Part shown: positions 39,935 to 49,084 of the stretch, piece by piece | How the letters are laid out: each line of letters opens with the position of its first letter | How positions within the stretch are numbered: position 1 is the first letter of the stretch | Source of the DNA: a virus | Taxonomy: Duplodnaviria > Caudoviricetes | Direction: 5' to 3' (one strand) | DNA: 64,000 bases | IMG/VR virus record: IMGVR_UViG_3300043429_000255 | Span: 1,980-65,979 of that record | Program-made: the position numbers and the translations under genes | The notes under the pieces: generated by a model | What the model saw: the letters and a program-made list of their open reading frames with translations, nothing else | Told to the model about the DNA's origin: nothing | Database searches by the model: none

Positions 39935-41578
39935 TTATTGAGAAGCTCGTCCCTCTCCCTGGGCATTTCTTCCAGAAATTGTTGCTGTGCTATCAGATGC
40001 ATTATTTGCTCTTTCTGCGTCACGTGCTCTGTTGCCTGCTAGGTTTGCTCTAGCATCTGTAGCCTGTCTTGGAGACAGATCTAGGAATTCGTCACCCTCT
40101 GGGTGCTGGGGCAAACCAAGCTGAATACGTGCCTCATTCTTGGTAATAACCTGATTCTTAACATATCTTTCAAGAATTTGAGACTGTGCAATCTCATCTG
40201 TAAGAGTAAGTTCGTTTAGCTTAAATTCAAGAAGGTCTGTCTTTTCCTTAATGATTTTATTGATAGCCTTCTCAAGGTTACGCTGAGCTGGTCTAGCTAC
40301 CTGCTCCTTAAAGGTACGGTCCTGTGCAAGAGCTGCGGCAATCGCTGCTGAATCTCCACCACCAATCTTTGATAGCGGTACCTGATGAGCAACGAGGATA
40401 TCGTCACGGTTTCTAATGCGATATTCATTGAAAGATGCTTCCTGGGTTCCAGTCTCTACAGCTTCCATCTTAAACTCAACCTTATTGGTATCTGAGTCTC
40501 CTGGTAGTGGAATGTATAGAGTTCTGTGATTTGAGCCCTTAAGGCTTGTCTGTAGGAATCGGAACATCTTGTCCTCGGCCTCCTCAGAAAGCTTAGCCCC
40601 CTTTAAAGTAACGATATAGCGAGGAACACCCTTATTTGTAAAGTAATCAATGTTGTACTGTGATGCAAGTGCGTCACCCTGTAGTGAAGAGATGGCAGAC
40701 ATAATGTCTGGTACTCCATAAAAAGTATTTAGTGGAGAATATTCTTTATAGTGGATAATCTCATTAGGACGAGGATCATTGGTAATTGGGTTAGCATTCT
40801 TTGCACCAAAGTTACGGAAGTATACTACCTTATTCCCAATAATCTGAATATATCCATCTCTTAGTCTGCGTACACGCATTGTGGTAGCAGGGATGTGTCC
40901 AATATATCCAATCTCACCAGTTACAGTTCTACCGATCTCTAGGTAGCCATTTCCAGTTGCCTGAACATCTGTGTAAAACTTCATCATTGTGTTTGTAAAT
41001 GAGTCATCATCATTTAGAGACTCTAGCCAATCGTGTAGCTCGAACTTAGCACGTTCAATTCTCTTACGTGCTTTCTCTGTTGCTGTTGGATTAGTTGATG
41101 CTTCAATAGCCATCTCTGTACGCTTTGTCTGAACAAAGTCATATCCAAGTCCAACAATATTCTCTACTTTAGCATCAATGGCTGCGTGGTTTGCAAATGA
41201 TGTGTCATAGAAGTTTGCCAGCTCATATAGATTCCATGGTGGTGTTATAACATCGAAAATTCCATAACCATTACGGTAAACTCGACCTGGGTTAATTTCT
41301 TTTGATGTTGCACCATTAATACCACGGTTAATTGCTAGTGCACTGTCTTGGTATGAAAGACTGTTAACGTCTACGTTGTTGTAGCCTACGCTTGTATCAA
41401 TAGCATAGTCTGCTTTTTCAATTCTTTCTGAACGACGCTTAAAGTTCTTTTCTAATCCTGCAAGCCCCTTAAGATCGTCCCAAGTCTTTGAGAACGGATC
41501 TTGCTCTTTAAAAGGATTTACTTCTTGCTCAAAATCGGGCATGCCCAAATCTCTAATGTAGTATTCATTATCTGACAT
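39935..41578 (-). CDS. Portal protein
   Basis: HAAIDAKVENIVGLG, GNGYLEI, YGVPD, YFTNKGVP, TKNEARIQLGLP. Confidence 0.92.
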   Translation of the reverse strand: MSDNEYYIRDLGMPDFEQEVNPFKEQDPFSKTWDDLKGLAGLEKNFKRRSERIEKADYAIDTSVGYNNVDVNSLSYQDSALAINRGINGATSKEINPGRVYRNGYGIFDVITPPWNLYELANFYDTSFANHAAIDAKVENIVGLGYDFVQTKRTEMAIEASTNPTATEKARKRIERAKFELHDWLESLNDDDSFTNTMMKFYTDVQATGNGYLEIGRTVTGEIGYIGHIPATTMRVRRLRDGYIQIIGNKVVYFRNFGAKNANPITNDPRPNEIIHYKEYSPLNTFYGVPDIMSAISSLQGDALASQYNIDYFTNKGVPRYIVTLKGAKLSEEAEDKMFRFLQTSLKGSNHRTLYIPLPGDSDTNKVEFKMEAVETGTQEASFNEYRIRNRDDILVAHQVPLSKIGGGDSAAIAAALAQDRTFKEQVARPAQRNLEKAINKIIKEKTDLLEFKLNELTLTDEIAQSQILERYVKNQVITKNEARIQLGLPQHPEGDEFLDLSPRQATDARANLAGNRARDAERANNASDSTATISGRNAQGEGRASQ

Positions 41579-41952
41579 TACTCATCACCATACATTGCCA
41601 AAGTTTGCTTTGCAGCCATAACTGCTCCAAGGTCATTTAGGTTTGGAATAAGCCCTTGAGCCATTCTATCCTTCTGTTCTGAGTATTCTTCTTCAGATAC
41701 TCTGGCAACACCAGGCATAAACTCGTATGATCCATCGCCCTGACCAAGTGCTGTTGCTTCTCGAACTAATTTCTGAATCTGAATGGCGTCTCCCCTATGG
41801 GACGGTATGTTTAAAACACTACCGTTTCCGTCTGTAAAAGGCTTGCCGTTTGCCTTCTTCCAGAAATAAATACCCCAGTCATATTGCTTATCCAAGACTG
41901 TAATCTTTGATTCGCCAACCTGACCAGGAACTTTAAATTTTTCAGGATTCAT
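41578..41952 (-). CDS. Hypothetical protein
   Basis: Coupled to the portal start; start moved to MNPEKF, 7 nt after TGGTATACT. Confidence 0.7.
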   Translation of the reverse strand: MNPEKFKVPGQVGESKITVLDKQYDWGIYFWKKANGKPFTDGNGSVLNIPSHRGDAIQIQKLVREATALGQGDGSYEFMPGVARVSEEEYSEQKDRMAQGLIPNLNDLGAVMAAKQTLAMYGDE

Positions 41953-41976
41953 AACCACTAGTATACCATATTATAC

Positions 41977-44900
41977 TTAATTGATTGTAAATAAGTCTGT
42001 CTTAACTCCAGAAAGAACATTATATTTGTATCTACCAGCACGTAGAATAGTTTTATCGTCAATGCCTACTCTTGATGTTCCCATGTATGTTTTGTATATT
42101 CCAGATGGATCTACACCATAGAAACTTGACGATGCAAGGACTAGAACCTCAAACCACTTAAACTGTCCTTCCCAGTATTCCCAGTCAAGGGTGAGGAATC
42201 CATCTTCTTTAACCTTTTGCCACTGTCTTGCTGAGGTAGTTTGTACCTGCTGTAGGTTTACAGAGTTATAGTGTGATAGATTTGTTACTGTTAGAGGACC
42301 AGTAATTCTAATTGCCCCTCCAACCACCGAAAAGTCAATAAAATTAGCAAGACCAATGCCAATTGAAGACCACTGCTTAATTGTCATAATTCCGTCTTTT
42401 ACCAACTTGCCATTTATATAGAATCCAATTCCATTTTCAACCTGTCCAGTTTTAACATTTACTGCATAAATCTTTGCTCTTTTGCCTTCTGGGTGAGCAG
42501 CCTCCATATATAGCTTAATATGTCCAGAAGCTGACTCTATCTCTAAAATCTCTGTTGGAGAATATGGGAAAAAGTCATCCTCAAACTTAGCAAAGAACTG
42601 TACGGCAATCATCTTATACTTAGGAGATTTTTCAAGATTAATAGGAATTTCGATACCTCGGCTTCCATAAGTTGAAAAGTCTCCTCTTACACGAATACCG
42701 CTGTTTTTATTTAAGTATAGATATGGACTGCTGCCCTTATAAATACTAAATGGATTTTTTGCCTTAAAGTCATAGTAATATCCATTCTTGGTAAATGGAT
42801 AAACATCCGTACCAAACTTAGTTCCGATAGGTGTTCCATATGAATTATTCAATGATATTGATGCTAGCTGTAGCTTATCTATTGCTATTGGCTTGTCTGA
42901 TATGCCATCTACTGTTGCAAAAATTTCAACAAACATCACTGTCTGAGAAAAATCAATTCCTGTTGGTGGGTAGATGATCATGTCATCTACAACCTCATAT
43001 TTGGTATTTACCCATTCATCTCCTGGGGAAACTATTCCATCTTTTGGCGGAGAGATTGTTTCTGAATAGTAATTTTCTGAGTTACCCATTCCAGAAGAGA
43101 TATCTTTAAAATATACATAGGTTTTAACTAGGGCATTAGATGTATCGTATCTATAGCTTTGCCTAGCATTATATTGCAGATCTGTATAGTCTACGTACCC
43201 TGTGTAAAGACCATTATCTAGATCACTATACCTTTTTTGGGTAGGGCTTGAGAACTTTAGATTAAGTTCTTGATATGTCCAAGACTCATCTCTTTCTGTT
43301 ACCCTAACAAAACTTCCTGGAGAAGGATATCCAACATTTAGCTGTATAAAGTCCAGGTCATAGTAGCTGTCACCTCTATCATTCTTTACGTACTTTCCAA
43401 AATAAGACATTGGGACAGATGTCGTCCATGACGAATAGGCATAAACATCGAGGGCTAGTGTGTTTGGCTTTTCAACAATTTTTAGAGAATAGCTAGTGTA
43501 TATGTTTTCTATAATGCCAGAGTTTCCATATTGCAATGCCAGACCACCGTCAAATGATGACTCCCAAGAAGTTATGTCTGCATCCCCTCCATCAACAATT
43601 CCATTTGCAACCAATTCTTCGTAGGTCCAAGAAGCATCTACATATTCTAGTTTTGTTAGCTTTGCTGGTAGGATGTATCCAGCTGCTTCTGATTGGTTTA
43701 CAGGTGTTGATCCATAGAGAAGTCCGTTATCGGCAAAGTACTTTGTGACTTTGCTAAATGCAAAGGTATTTAAGAAAGATATGTCATAGATGTTTCCACT
43801 GAAAGTTTCTTTATCTGGACCACCAGCTACAAAAAATTCTAGGGAATCTTTATTCGATAAAAAGTTTGACAAAGTATTGCCAAAATACATAGACATCTTA
43901 TCAAAAGCAAATCCCACAGAAAAGCTTTCTCCTGTTCCTGGATATGTACCAGCTGCCAACGTTATGACTTGTCCATAATTATTAATTGAGTACCAAATGA
44001 TTCCTGGAGTAATGAATACTTCTAGATAGTTTCCAGATACGCTATCTTTTATTAGAAATAGGGTTTGGTTCTCAAAGTTGTTATCCGTTACTTTAAAAAC
44101 TCCATAGATAGCCTCTAGCTTACTGTTAAGCGGATTTAGGCTTTCAAAATAGATGCTTGAGTCTGATGGTAAAGACAAGAAATTCCTATCTTCATTTTGC
44201 AAAGAAAGATTATCTGACAAGATCTCTTCTTGAGTGCTTGTCTCGGATATGATGGTTGGAGTAGCGTATTTTGGAATAGCTAGTCTATTCCCAGAAATCT
44301 CCATGTTATTATTTGAGCCATCCTCCCAGCTACCAGTTTTTGGATAGCTATACCCATTTCCATATTTTGAAAATTCGTAGTCAAAGTATATACTCTTTCC
44401 ACCAAAAGCTGTATTTAGTGCCTCTGGATTATCGACTGCCTGCCCGTACACCCATCTACGTTTAGCTATAATGTTTGATATTAAGTATGAATATATTGAA
44501 ACAGAATTAATCTCAAATGGGCTAGTTTCATCATATGAATAGAAACCTAGCCAGTCTGCTTCCTCCCCATCTATTATTCTTTCTGGAAAAGATAGGGTGG
44601 ATCGATCTACAGAAATGTTTGCTACAGACTCTCCGTTTACCAAAAGAGATATTTCTTGTTCCGATATTACGATATGAATAGCCATTGGTCTAGACCACTC
44701 CCCAACAAAATGAGAGGCAGAATGTTCTCCAACTTTTAGTCTAAGAAATGGCCCGTCTATGTATAAACCATCCTCTGATGCAACTGGCCCAAAGATTCTT
44801 TTTTCAGAAGTAGTTGATGAGTTAATCCTCATCCAGAACTCTAGGCTATAGTTTTTGTTTTGGCCAGACTTGTTTAAGAACCCAAGTCCAGGAATAAGTA

Positions 44901-45714
44901 TTGACGGGAGATCTGTATTTGGATATATTGTGGTTGACGAGTCTGACCCATACACTAGAGGCATTCCAAAATTTCTTGCAAAAAGTCTAGAATCGTTTGC
45001 CAAGATGTATCCATCTTCTGTGGACTCGACGGATCCCAGTATTCTTATTGCTTTGGTATTAGATGGGATTCCATAAATTATATCTGATAGTGGTTCTGGT
45101 ATTACCCCCATTGACGTTGAAGAAAATTCTTCAGACCACTGTCCAAGAGAATATCCAGATACAAAAATGGTAAATGGGTCTAAGGCTTGATTAGACAGAT
45201 ACTCTATCTCAATAAAAAGATTGTAGTCTTCGTCTAAGCCTGGAGGAATATCGAAAGTCTCCGATAGCATCATCCACTTATTGTTTAAAACTCTTGAAAA
45301 CTTTTTAATTATGTCATATGATCCATATGTTTGATCTGTATAAGACATTCCAAGTGATACAGACATCAAGGATCCGCTAGAAACGTTTACAAAGGACGAG
45401 ATAGAGAATGTTGCAAGTGTGTCATCTAGATCTATTAAAGAGCCTATTACTTCTCCAGATAATCTAAACTTTACTATTGTGTCTGGATCAGATGGTGTGT
45501 CAGTTACACTAAAAACTTTTTCACCAGAAATTGGACTGGTTAGTTCTGAGCTTTCTTCAATGACTATAGTTTCTAGATCTGATGACCAAAGAGAAATGTC
45601 TCTTCCTTCTGCCCCAAGAATAGAAACGTAGTCAGCTTGGTCATCTAAAGCCCAAACAGCCAGTGGATGTTCGCTAAGAATCTTTGTTGTATATAAACTA
45701 AGAGGAGTAGACAT
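41977..45714 (-). CDS. Large virion protein with LamG/ConA-like domain
   Basis: EHPLAVWALDD, YSLEFWMRI, HIVI...LLVNGE..., INSVSIYSY. Confidence 0.7.
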   Translation of the reverse strand: MSTPLSLYTTKILSEHPLAVWALDDQADYVSILGAEGRDISLWSSDLETIVIEESSELTSPISGEKVFSVTDTPSDPDTIVKFRLSGEVIGSLIDLDDTLATFSISSFVNVSSGSLMSVSLGMSYTDQTYGSYDIIKKFSRVLNNKWMMLSETFDIPPGLDEDYNLFIEIEYLSNQALDPFTIFVSGYSLGQWSEEFSSTSMGVIPEPLSDIIYGIPSNTKAIRILGSVESTEDGYILANDSRLFARNFGMPLVYGSDSSTTIYPNTDLPSILIPGLGFLNKSGQNKNYSLEFWMRINSSTTSEKRIFGPVASEDGLYIDGPFLRLKVGEHSASHFVGEWSRPMAIHIVISEQEISLLVNGESVANISVDRSTLSFPERIIDGEEADWLGFYSYDETSPFEINSVSIYSYLISNIIAKRRWVYGQAVDNPEALNTAFGGKSIYFDYEFSKYGNGYSYPKTGSWEDGSNNNMEISGNRLAIPKYATPTIISETSTQEEILSDNLSLQNEDRNFLSLPSDSSIYFESLNPLNSKLEAIYGVFKVTDNNFENQTLFLIKDSVSGNYLEVFITPGIIWYSINNYGQVITLAAGTYPGTGESFSVGFAFDKMSMYFGNTLSNFLSNKDSLEFFVAGGPDKETFSGNIYDISFLNTFAFSKVTKYFADNGLLYGSTPVNQSEAAGYILPAKLTKLEYVDASWTYEELVANGIVDGGDADITSWESSFDGGLALQYGNSGIIENIYTSYSLKIVEKPNTLALDVYAYSSWTTSVPMSYFGKYVKNDRGDSYYDLDFIQLNVGYPSPGSFVRVTERDESWTYQELNLKFSSPTQKRYSDLDNGLYTGYVDYTDLQYNARQSYRYDTSNALVKTYVYFKDISSGMGNSENYYSETISPPKDGIVSPGDEWVNTKYEVVDDMIIYPPTGIDFSQTVMFVEIFATVDGISDKPIAIDKLQLASISLNNSYGTPIGTKFGTDVYPFTKNGYYYDFKAKNPFSIYKGSSPYLYLNKNSGIRVRGDFSTYGSRGIEIPINLEKSPKYKMIAVQFFAKFEDDFFPYSPTEILEIESASGHIKLYMEAAHPEGKRAKIYAVNVKTGQVENGIGFYINGKLVKDGIMTIKQWSSIGIGLANFIDFSVVGGAIRITGPLTVTNLSHYNSVNLQQVQTTSARQWQKVKEDGFLTLDWEYWEGQFKWFEVLVLASSSFYGVDPSGIYKTYMGTSRVGIDDKTILRAGRYKYNVLSGVKTDLFTIN

Positions 45715-45729
45715 TATATGTCTATTTTA

Positions 45730-46251
45730 TCATACTATACGGGTAAACCAGCGAGGGGTTGTATATCTTATCCCAGAAATAATAGGCCTTACCCCATGCA
45801 CAAAATTTGGGTTATCTGGAAACGTAAGAAGGTCTCCAGGCTCAGGCTTTATAGAGATGTCGTATTCTGGGAAGTAAATTTCTCCGCCTTCATAGTCATC
45901 ATTTAGATAAATCAGTGTTGCTATATCGTTTGGTCTACTTGAGTCAAAGTGCTCGTGCATGCCCTGGCCACTAGAGAATCTAGCTATATGTGTAGTATTT
46001 TCTTCAAATGGTTCGAATGGTCCAGGATAAGCCTGTATTACAAAATCATAAACTTTTTTGGAATAGTCATTTATTATACCTACTATTTCTGAATCATTTT
46101 TCCTTATCTCACTGTGTGTGTGTACAGTAAATTCTTTTTCGTTATTACCAAAATCAGTGAATATAAAGTCGTGCTGTTTTGCATATTCTGCTACTCTATT
46201 AGCTGTATCTTTGTCAATAAATGATTTTTTGTAATTAATTAGATCTCTCAC
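45730..46251 (-). CDS. Prolyl-4-hydroxylase-like 2OG-Fe(II) oxygenase
   Basis: HEHFD, LIYLNDDYEGGEIYFP, HGV..I.SG.RYT. Confidence 0.88.
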   Translation of the reverse strand: MRDLINYKKSFIDKDTANRVAEYAKQHDFIFTDFGNNEKEFTVHTHSEIRKNDSEIVGIINDYSKKVYDFVIQAYPGPFEPFEENTTHIARFSSGQGMHEHFDSSRPNDIATLIYLNDDYEGGEIYFPEYDISIKPEPGDLLTFPDNPNFVHGVRPIISGIRYTTPRWFTRIV

Positions 46252-46853
46252 TAGAACCCCTTAATCTCCCAGTCTTCCCAGTTAATGTCTTCATAGGCAG
46301 TTTTGCTTGGCATAAAAAGTTGACCTTTTATTCCCATCCATGCTTCAGAAATCACAAGATTTCCGCTATCAACTTTTGTTATTCCATGAGAATTCTCTTC
46401 ATTTTCTATAAAGTAAATTAAGTCTCCTGGTGACATAACAACTTCTTGAGATATATTTGGAAATACAAGTTTTCCACCAGTATAATCTTTTGTCCAACAT
46501 ATATAAGACTTATATGTTTTTTCTGGCTTGCTGTTGTCCCAATGAATTGCCGAATGACTACCTGCTTTATATCTAGCTAAATAATGTTTGGAAAACATTG
46601 GTGGGTGATAGTCCTCTGGCTCAATTTGACTAACCAAGTCAAAAAGTCCTTTAGAGTATTTAGAAAATATGTCTAAGATATGCCTTGGCATTTCTCCACG
46701 TGTATGGATATCAAACTCTGTTGATCCATGGCTAAACAGGTCATCATGTAGTGGCACATGGTCATCCTTGGTATTAAATTTAATTGAGTCTATGTACTCA
46801 GACACGATCTTAACATCGTTATCGTTTATAAAACTTTTAAAAACATGTATCAT
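46251..46853 (-). CDS. Prolyl-4-hydroxylase-like 2OG-Fe(II) oxygenase
   Basis: IHWD, DYTGGKLVFP, PGDLIYF, HGITKV; the usual 2OG-binding Arg is not evident. Confidence 0.75.
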   Translation of the reverse strand: MIHVFKSFINDNDVKIVSEYIDSIKFNTKDDHVPLHDDLFSHGSTEFDIHTRGEMPRHILDIFSKYSKGLFDLVSQIEPEDYHPPMFSKHYLARYKAGSHSAIHWDNSKPEKTYKSYICWTKDYTGGKLVFPNISQEVVMSPGDLIYFIENEENSHGITKVDSGNLVISEAWMGIKGQLFMPSKTAYEDINWEDWEIKGF

Positions 46854-47020
46854 TACTGAAACCTGCTATCGTTAGGATTGTGTTTTGGCAAATTTGATGC
46901 ACCACACTTAACGCAGGTAAGCTCTACTATCCCAGTAACTGGGCACTTATTTCCACGCAAGACCTCATGTCCAAGAAAACTGCATGTTTTTGCTTTTACC
47001 CATCGTTTAAAGTTTGACAA
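46853..47020 (-). CDS. Small zinc-binding protein
   Basis: TTG start after an AGGAG SD; C..LGH...CP.TG...C..C. Confidence 0.6.
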   Translation of the reverse strand: MSNFKRWVKAKTCSFLGHEVLRGNKCPVTGIVELTCVKCGASNLPKHNPNDSRFQ

Positions 47021-47657
47021 AATTATCTCCTCTATTTGGATCAAATGGAAGAATATCATATGCTATTGTAATTCTTGGCCTTTCTGAATCCCAGTCTCCT
47101 CGTGAGTGAGGGTGTCCAGTTTCAGAAACTATCGCTCTATTGTTTTTATTGACATTTTCAAACATGCTGCTTGGGTCTTTGTAAAGCTGATAATGTGTCA
47201 CTGAAGGTTCTGCGTCTATACAGTAGTACCCATGAAAATCTGGAATACCTTCCCCATTATTGTGATCATGAAGATTTTTCACGCTATACTTGTGAAAACC
47301 ATAGTCATAATTAAACCACGCCATAACCTGGTAGTTTTGAGTATTGAAATCTATGCCATAGTATTCACAGGCTTCAATAGTCATTTCTCTTAATGCTTTC
47401 TGCAATTTTTTAAATGGCTCGTAGTTATCTTTTAGAAGGTTATACTTGCTAAGTAGCTGAGTCGAGGCACCATTATATCTGGTCCATGGCTCTATGTTAG
47501 AGTTATTCCAGCCAGGACTTCCAACTGCAGGTGCAGTTTTATCTATCTCAAACACTTTGCCGTCAAGAATGTCGTCTAGCTTTTTATCTAGATATAACTT
47601 TATATCTTCAAGATCATTGTCCAACATCCTGTCAAAAAATTTGTGTGGTTTTGTCAT
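47007..47657 (-). CDS. Putative Fe(II) oxygenase (HxH...H cupin type)
   Basis: AWFN...HDH...GYYC...GHPH...RITIAYD. Confidence 0.7.
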   Translation of the reverse strand: MTKPHKFFDRMLDNDLEDIKLYLDKKLDDILDGKVFEIDKTAPAVGSPGWNNSNIEPWTRYNGASTQLLSKYNLLKDNYEPFKKLQKALREMTIEACEYYGIDFNTQNYQVMAWFNYDYGFHKYSVKNLHDHNNGEGIPDFHGYYCIDAEPSVTHYQLYKDPSSMFENVNKNNRAIVSETGHPHSRGDWDSERPRITIAYDILPFDPNRGDNFVKL

Positions 47658-47663
47658 CTTATC

Positions 47664-48335
47664 CTATGCTAGTGGTATCCAGTGCTGCTCTGCAACAATG
47701 CCTGCCTCTTGCAATCTCTTTAATGGACTAACGTCATAGGCTACAGTAATTCTTGGTCCGTCCCAATCCCAGTCTCCCATTGCGTGTGGGTGCCCCATTT
47801 CTGAAAGAATTGCACGATTATTTTTATTAATGTTTTCTACATCTTTATCAAATACGATGTAGTGAGTTGAAGATGGCTCTGCAGAAACACAATAGTATCC
47901 ATGGAAATCTGGAGCACCTGGACCACCGTGTTCATGCCAATTCAATTTTCCATTCCCAGAATGATTGATATTAAACCATCCCTGGATCATAAACTTTTGC
48001 TCTTCAAAATCTATCTCGTAGTGTTCGCAGGCTTCTCTAACCATACTACCAATGGCCTTATAAAGTTCATAGATACCGTCGATGTGAAACTGAAAGACGT
48101 TGTACTGTCTCCACTTCATAGTAGAAACGCTATTTGAATCTTTCCAAAGCTCTAGTGGGCTTACTGGAGTTACTCCAGCTATTTTTGCTTGCTCGATTAG
48201 TGAATATCTCTCTTGCAGCTCTTGTGACAGTTTTATAAGGTCGTTGTCAAGGTATCTTTCAAAGAATTTGTGTCCTTGTGTTGACTTGCTAATGCTTCTT
48301 AGTACAGTTTGATCTCTATACACGTCATACTCCAT
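47664..48335 (-). CDS. Putative Fe(II) oxygenase (HxH...H cupin type), paralog of 47007..47657
   Basis: GWFN...HEH...GYYC...GHPH...RITVAYD. Confidence 0.7.
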   Translation of the reverse strand: MEYDVYRDQTVLRSISKSTQGHKFFERYLDNDLIKLSQELQERYSLIEQAKIAGVTPVSPLELWKDSNSVSTMKWRQYNVFQFHIDGIYELYKAIGSMVREACEHYEIDFEEQKFMIQGWFNINHSGNGKLNWHEHGGPGAPDFHGYYCVSAEPSSTHYIVFDKDVENINKNNRAILSEMGHPHAMGDWDWDGPRITVAYDVSPLKRLQEAGIVAEQHWIPLA

Positions 48336-48378
48336 TCTATCTGTATAAAATCATTATACACGAAAAATGGATTTTAGC

Positions 48379-49062
48379 CTACTGATTTCTAAAGAATCCA
48401 AATGGAGAGAAGCCAAATACACCAAATGGTGAGAAGCCAAATACGCTGAATGGAACAAACGAAAATGTAGTAATGCTTCCAGAAGCTGCCGAAGCAGCAG
48501 ATCTACCATTAGAGTTATCTGCATAAACCACATATGTCTGAGCACTTCCCTGCTCTTGAGTAATATTAATATTTAGAGACGAGGTGTTTCCAGTCTTACC
48601 ATCTGAAGATACAACATAGTAGTTCGTAATTGCTTTTCCACCATTAGCAGGTGCAGTCCAAGACACAGTGTCGTAGTTTGCTCCATATGGAGATGATGCA
48701 ATAACAGATGTTGGGGCACCTGGAACTGTTGTTGCAGTAATTGCAGATGTTGCAGAAGACGCTGGAGAGGTTCCATACGTATTAGTTGCAGTAACAGTAA
48801 AAGTATAGTTGGTAGCTGATTGCAACCCCTGCACGGTAAGTGGTGAAGATGCTCCAGTTGCTGTATATCCTCCAGGAGAAGATGTTACAGTGTAAGAAGT
48901 AGCTGCATTTGGACCCTGGTGGGTAAATGTAACTGTTGCTGCACCATCATTGTACGCCCTATTAGTTCCAACGTCAGTAGCTGTTCCGATTAGTGGAGCT
49001 GCTGGTGCTAGATAGTCATTTTGTGCAAGAGACTTCTTTCCAACTCTTTTATTTGCTGCCAT
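48379..49062 (-). CDS. Two-FN3-domain protein with a Phe/Pro-rich C-terminal repeat
   Basis: YTVTSSPGG...GLQSATNYTFTVTATN; VSWTAPANGG..IT.Y; tail FSFVPFSVFGFSPFGVFGFSPFGFFRNQ. Confidence 0.85.
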   Translation of the reverse strand: MAANKRVGKKSLAQNDYLAPAAPLIGTATDVGTNRAYNDGAATVTFTHQGPNAATSYTVTSSPGGYTATGASSPLTVQGLQSATNYTFTVTATNTYGTSPASSATSAITATTVPGAPTSVIASSPYGANYDTVSWTAPANGGKAITNYYVVSSDGKTGNTSSLNINITQEQGSAQTYVVYADNSNGRSAASAASGSITTFSFVPFSVFGFSPFGVFGFSPFGFFRNQ

Positions 49063-49084
49063 TTAATTATTTCCCCTTCTAGGA

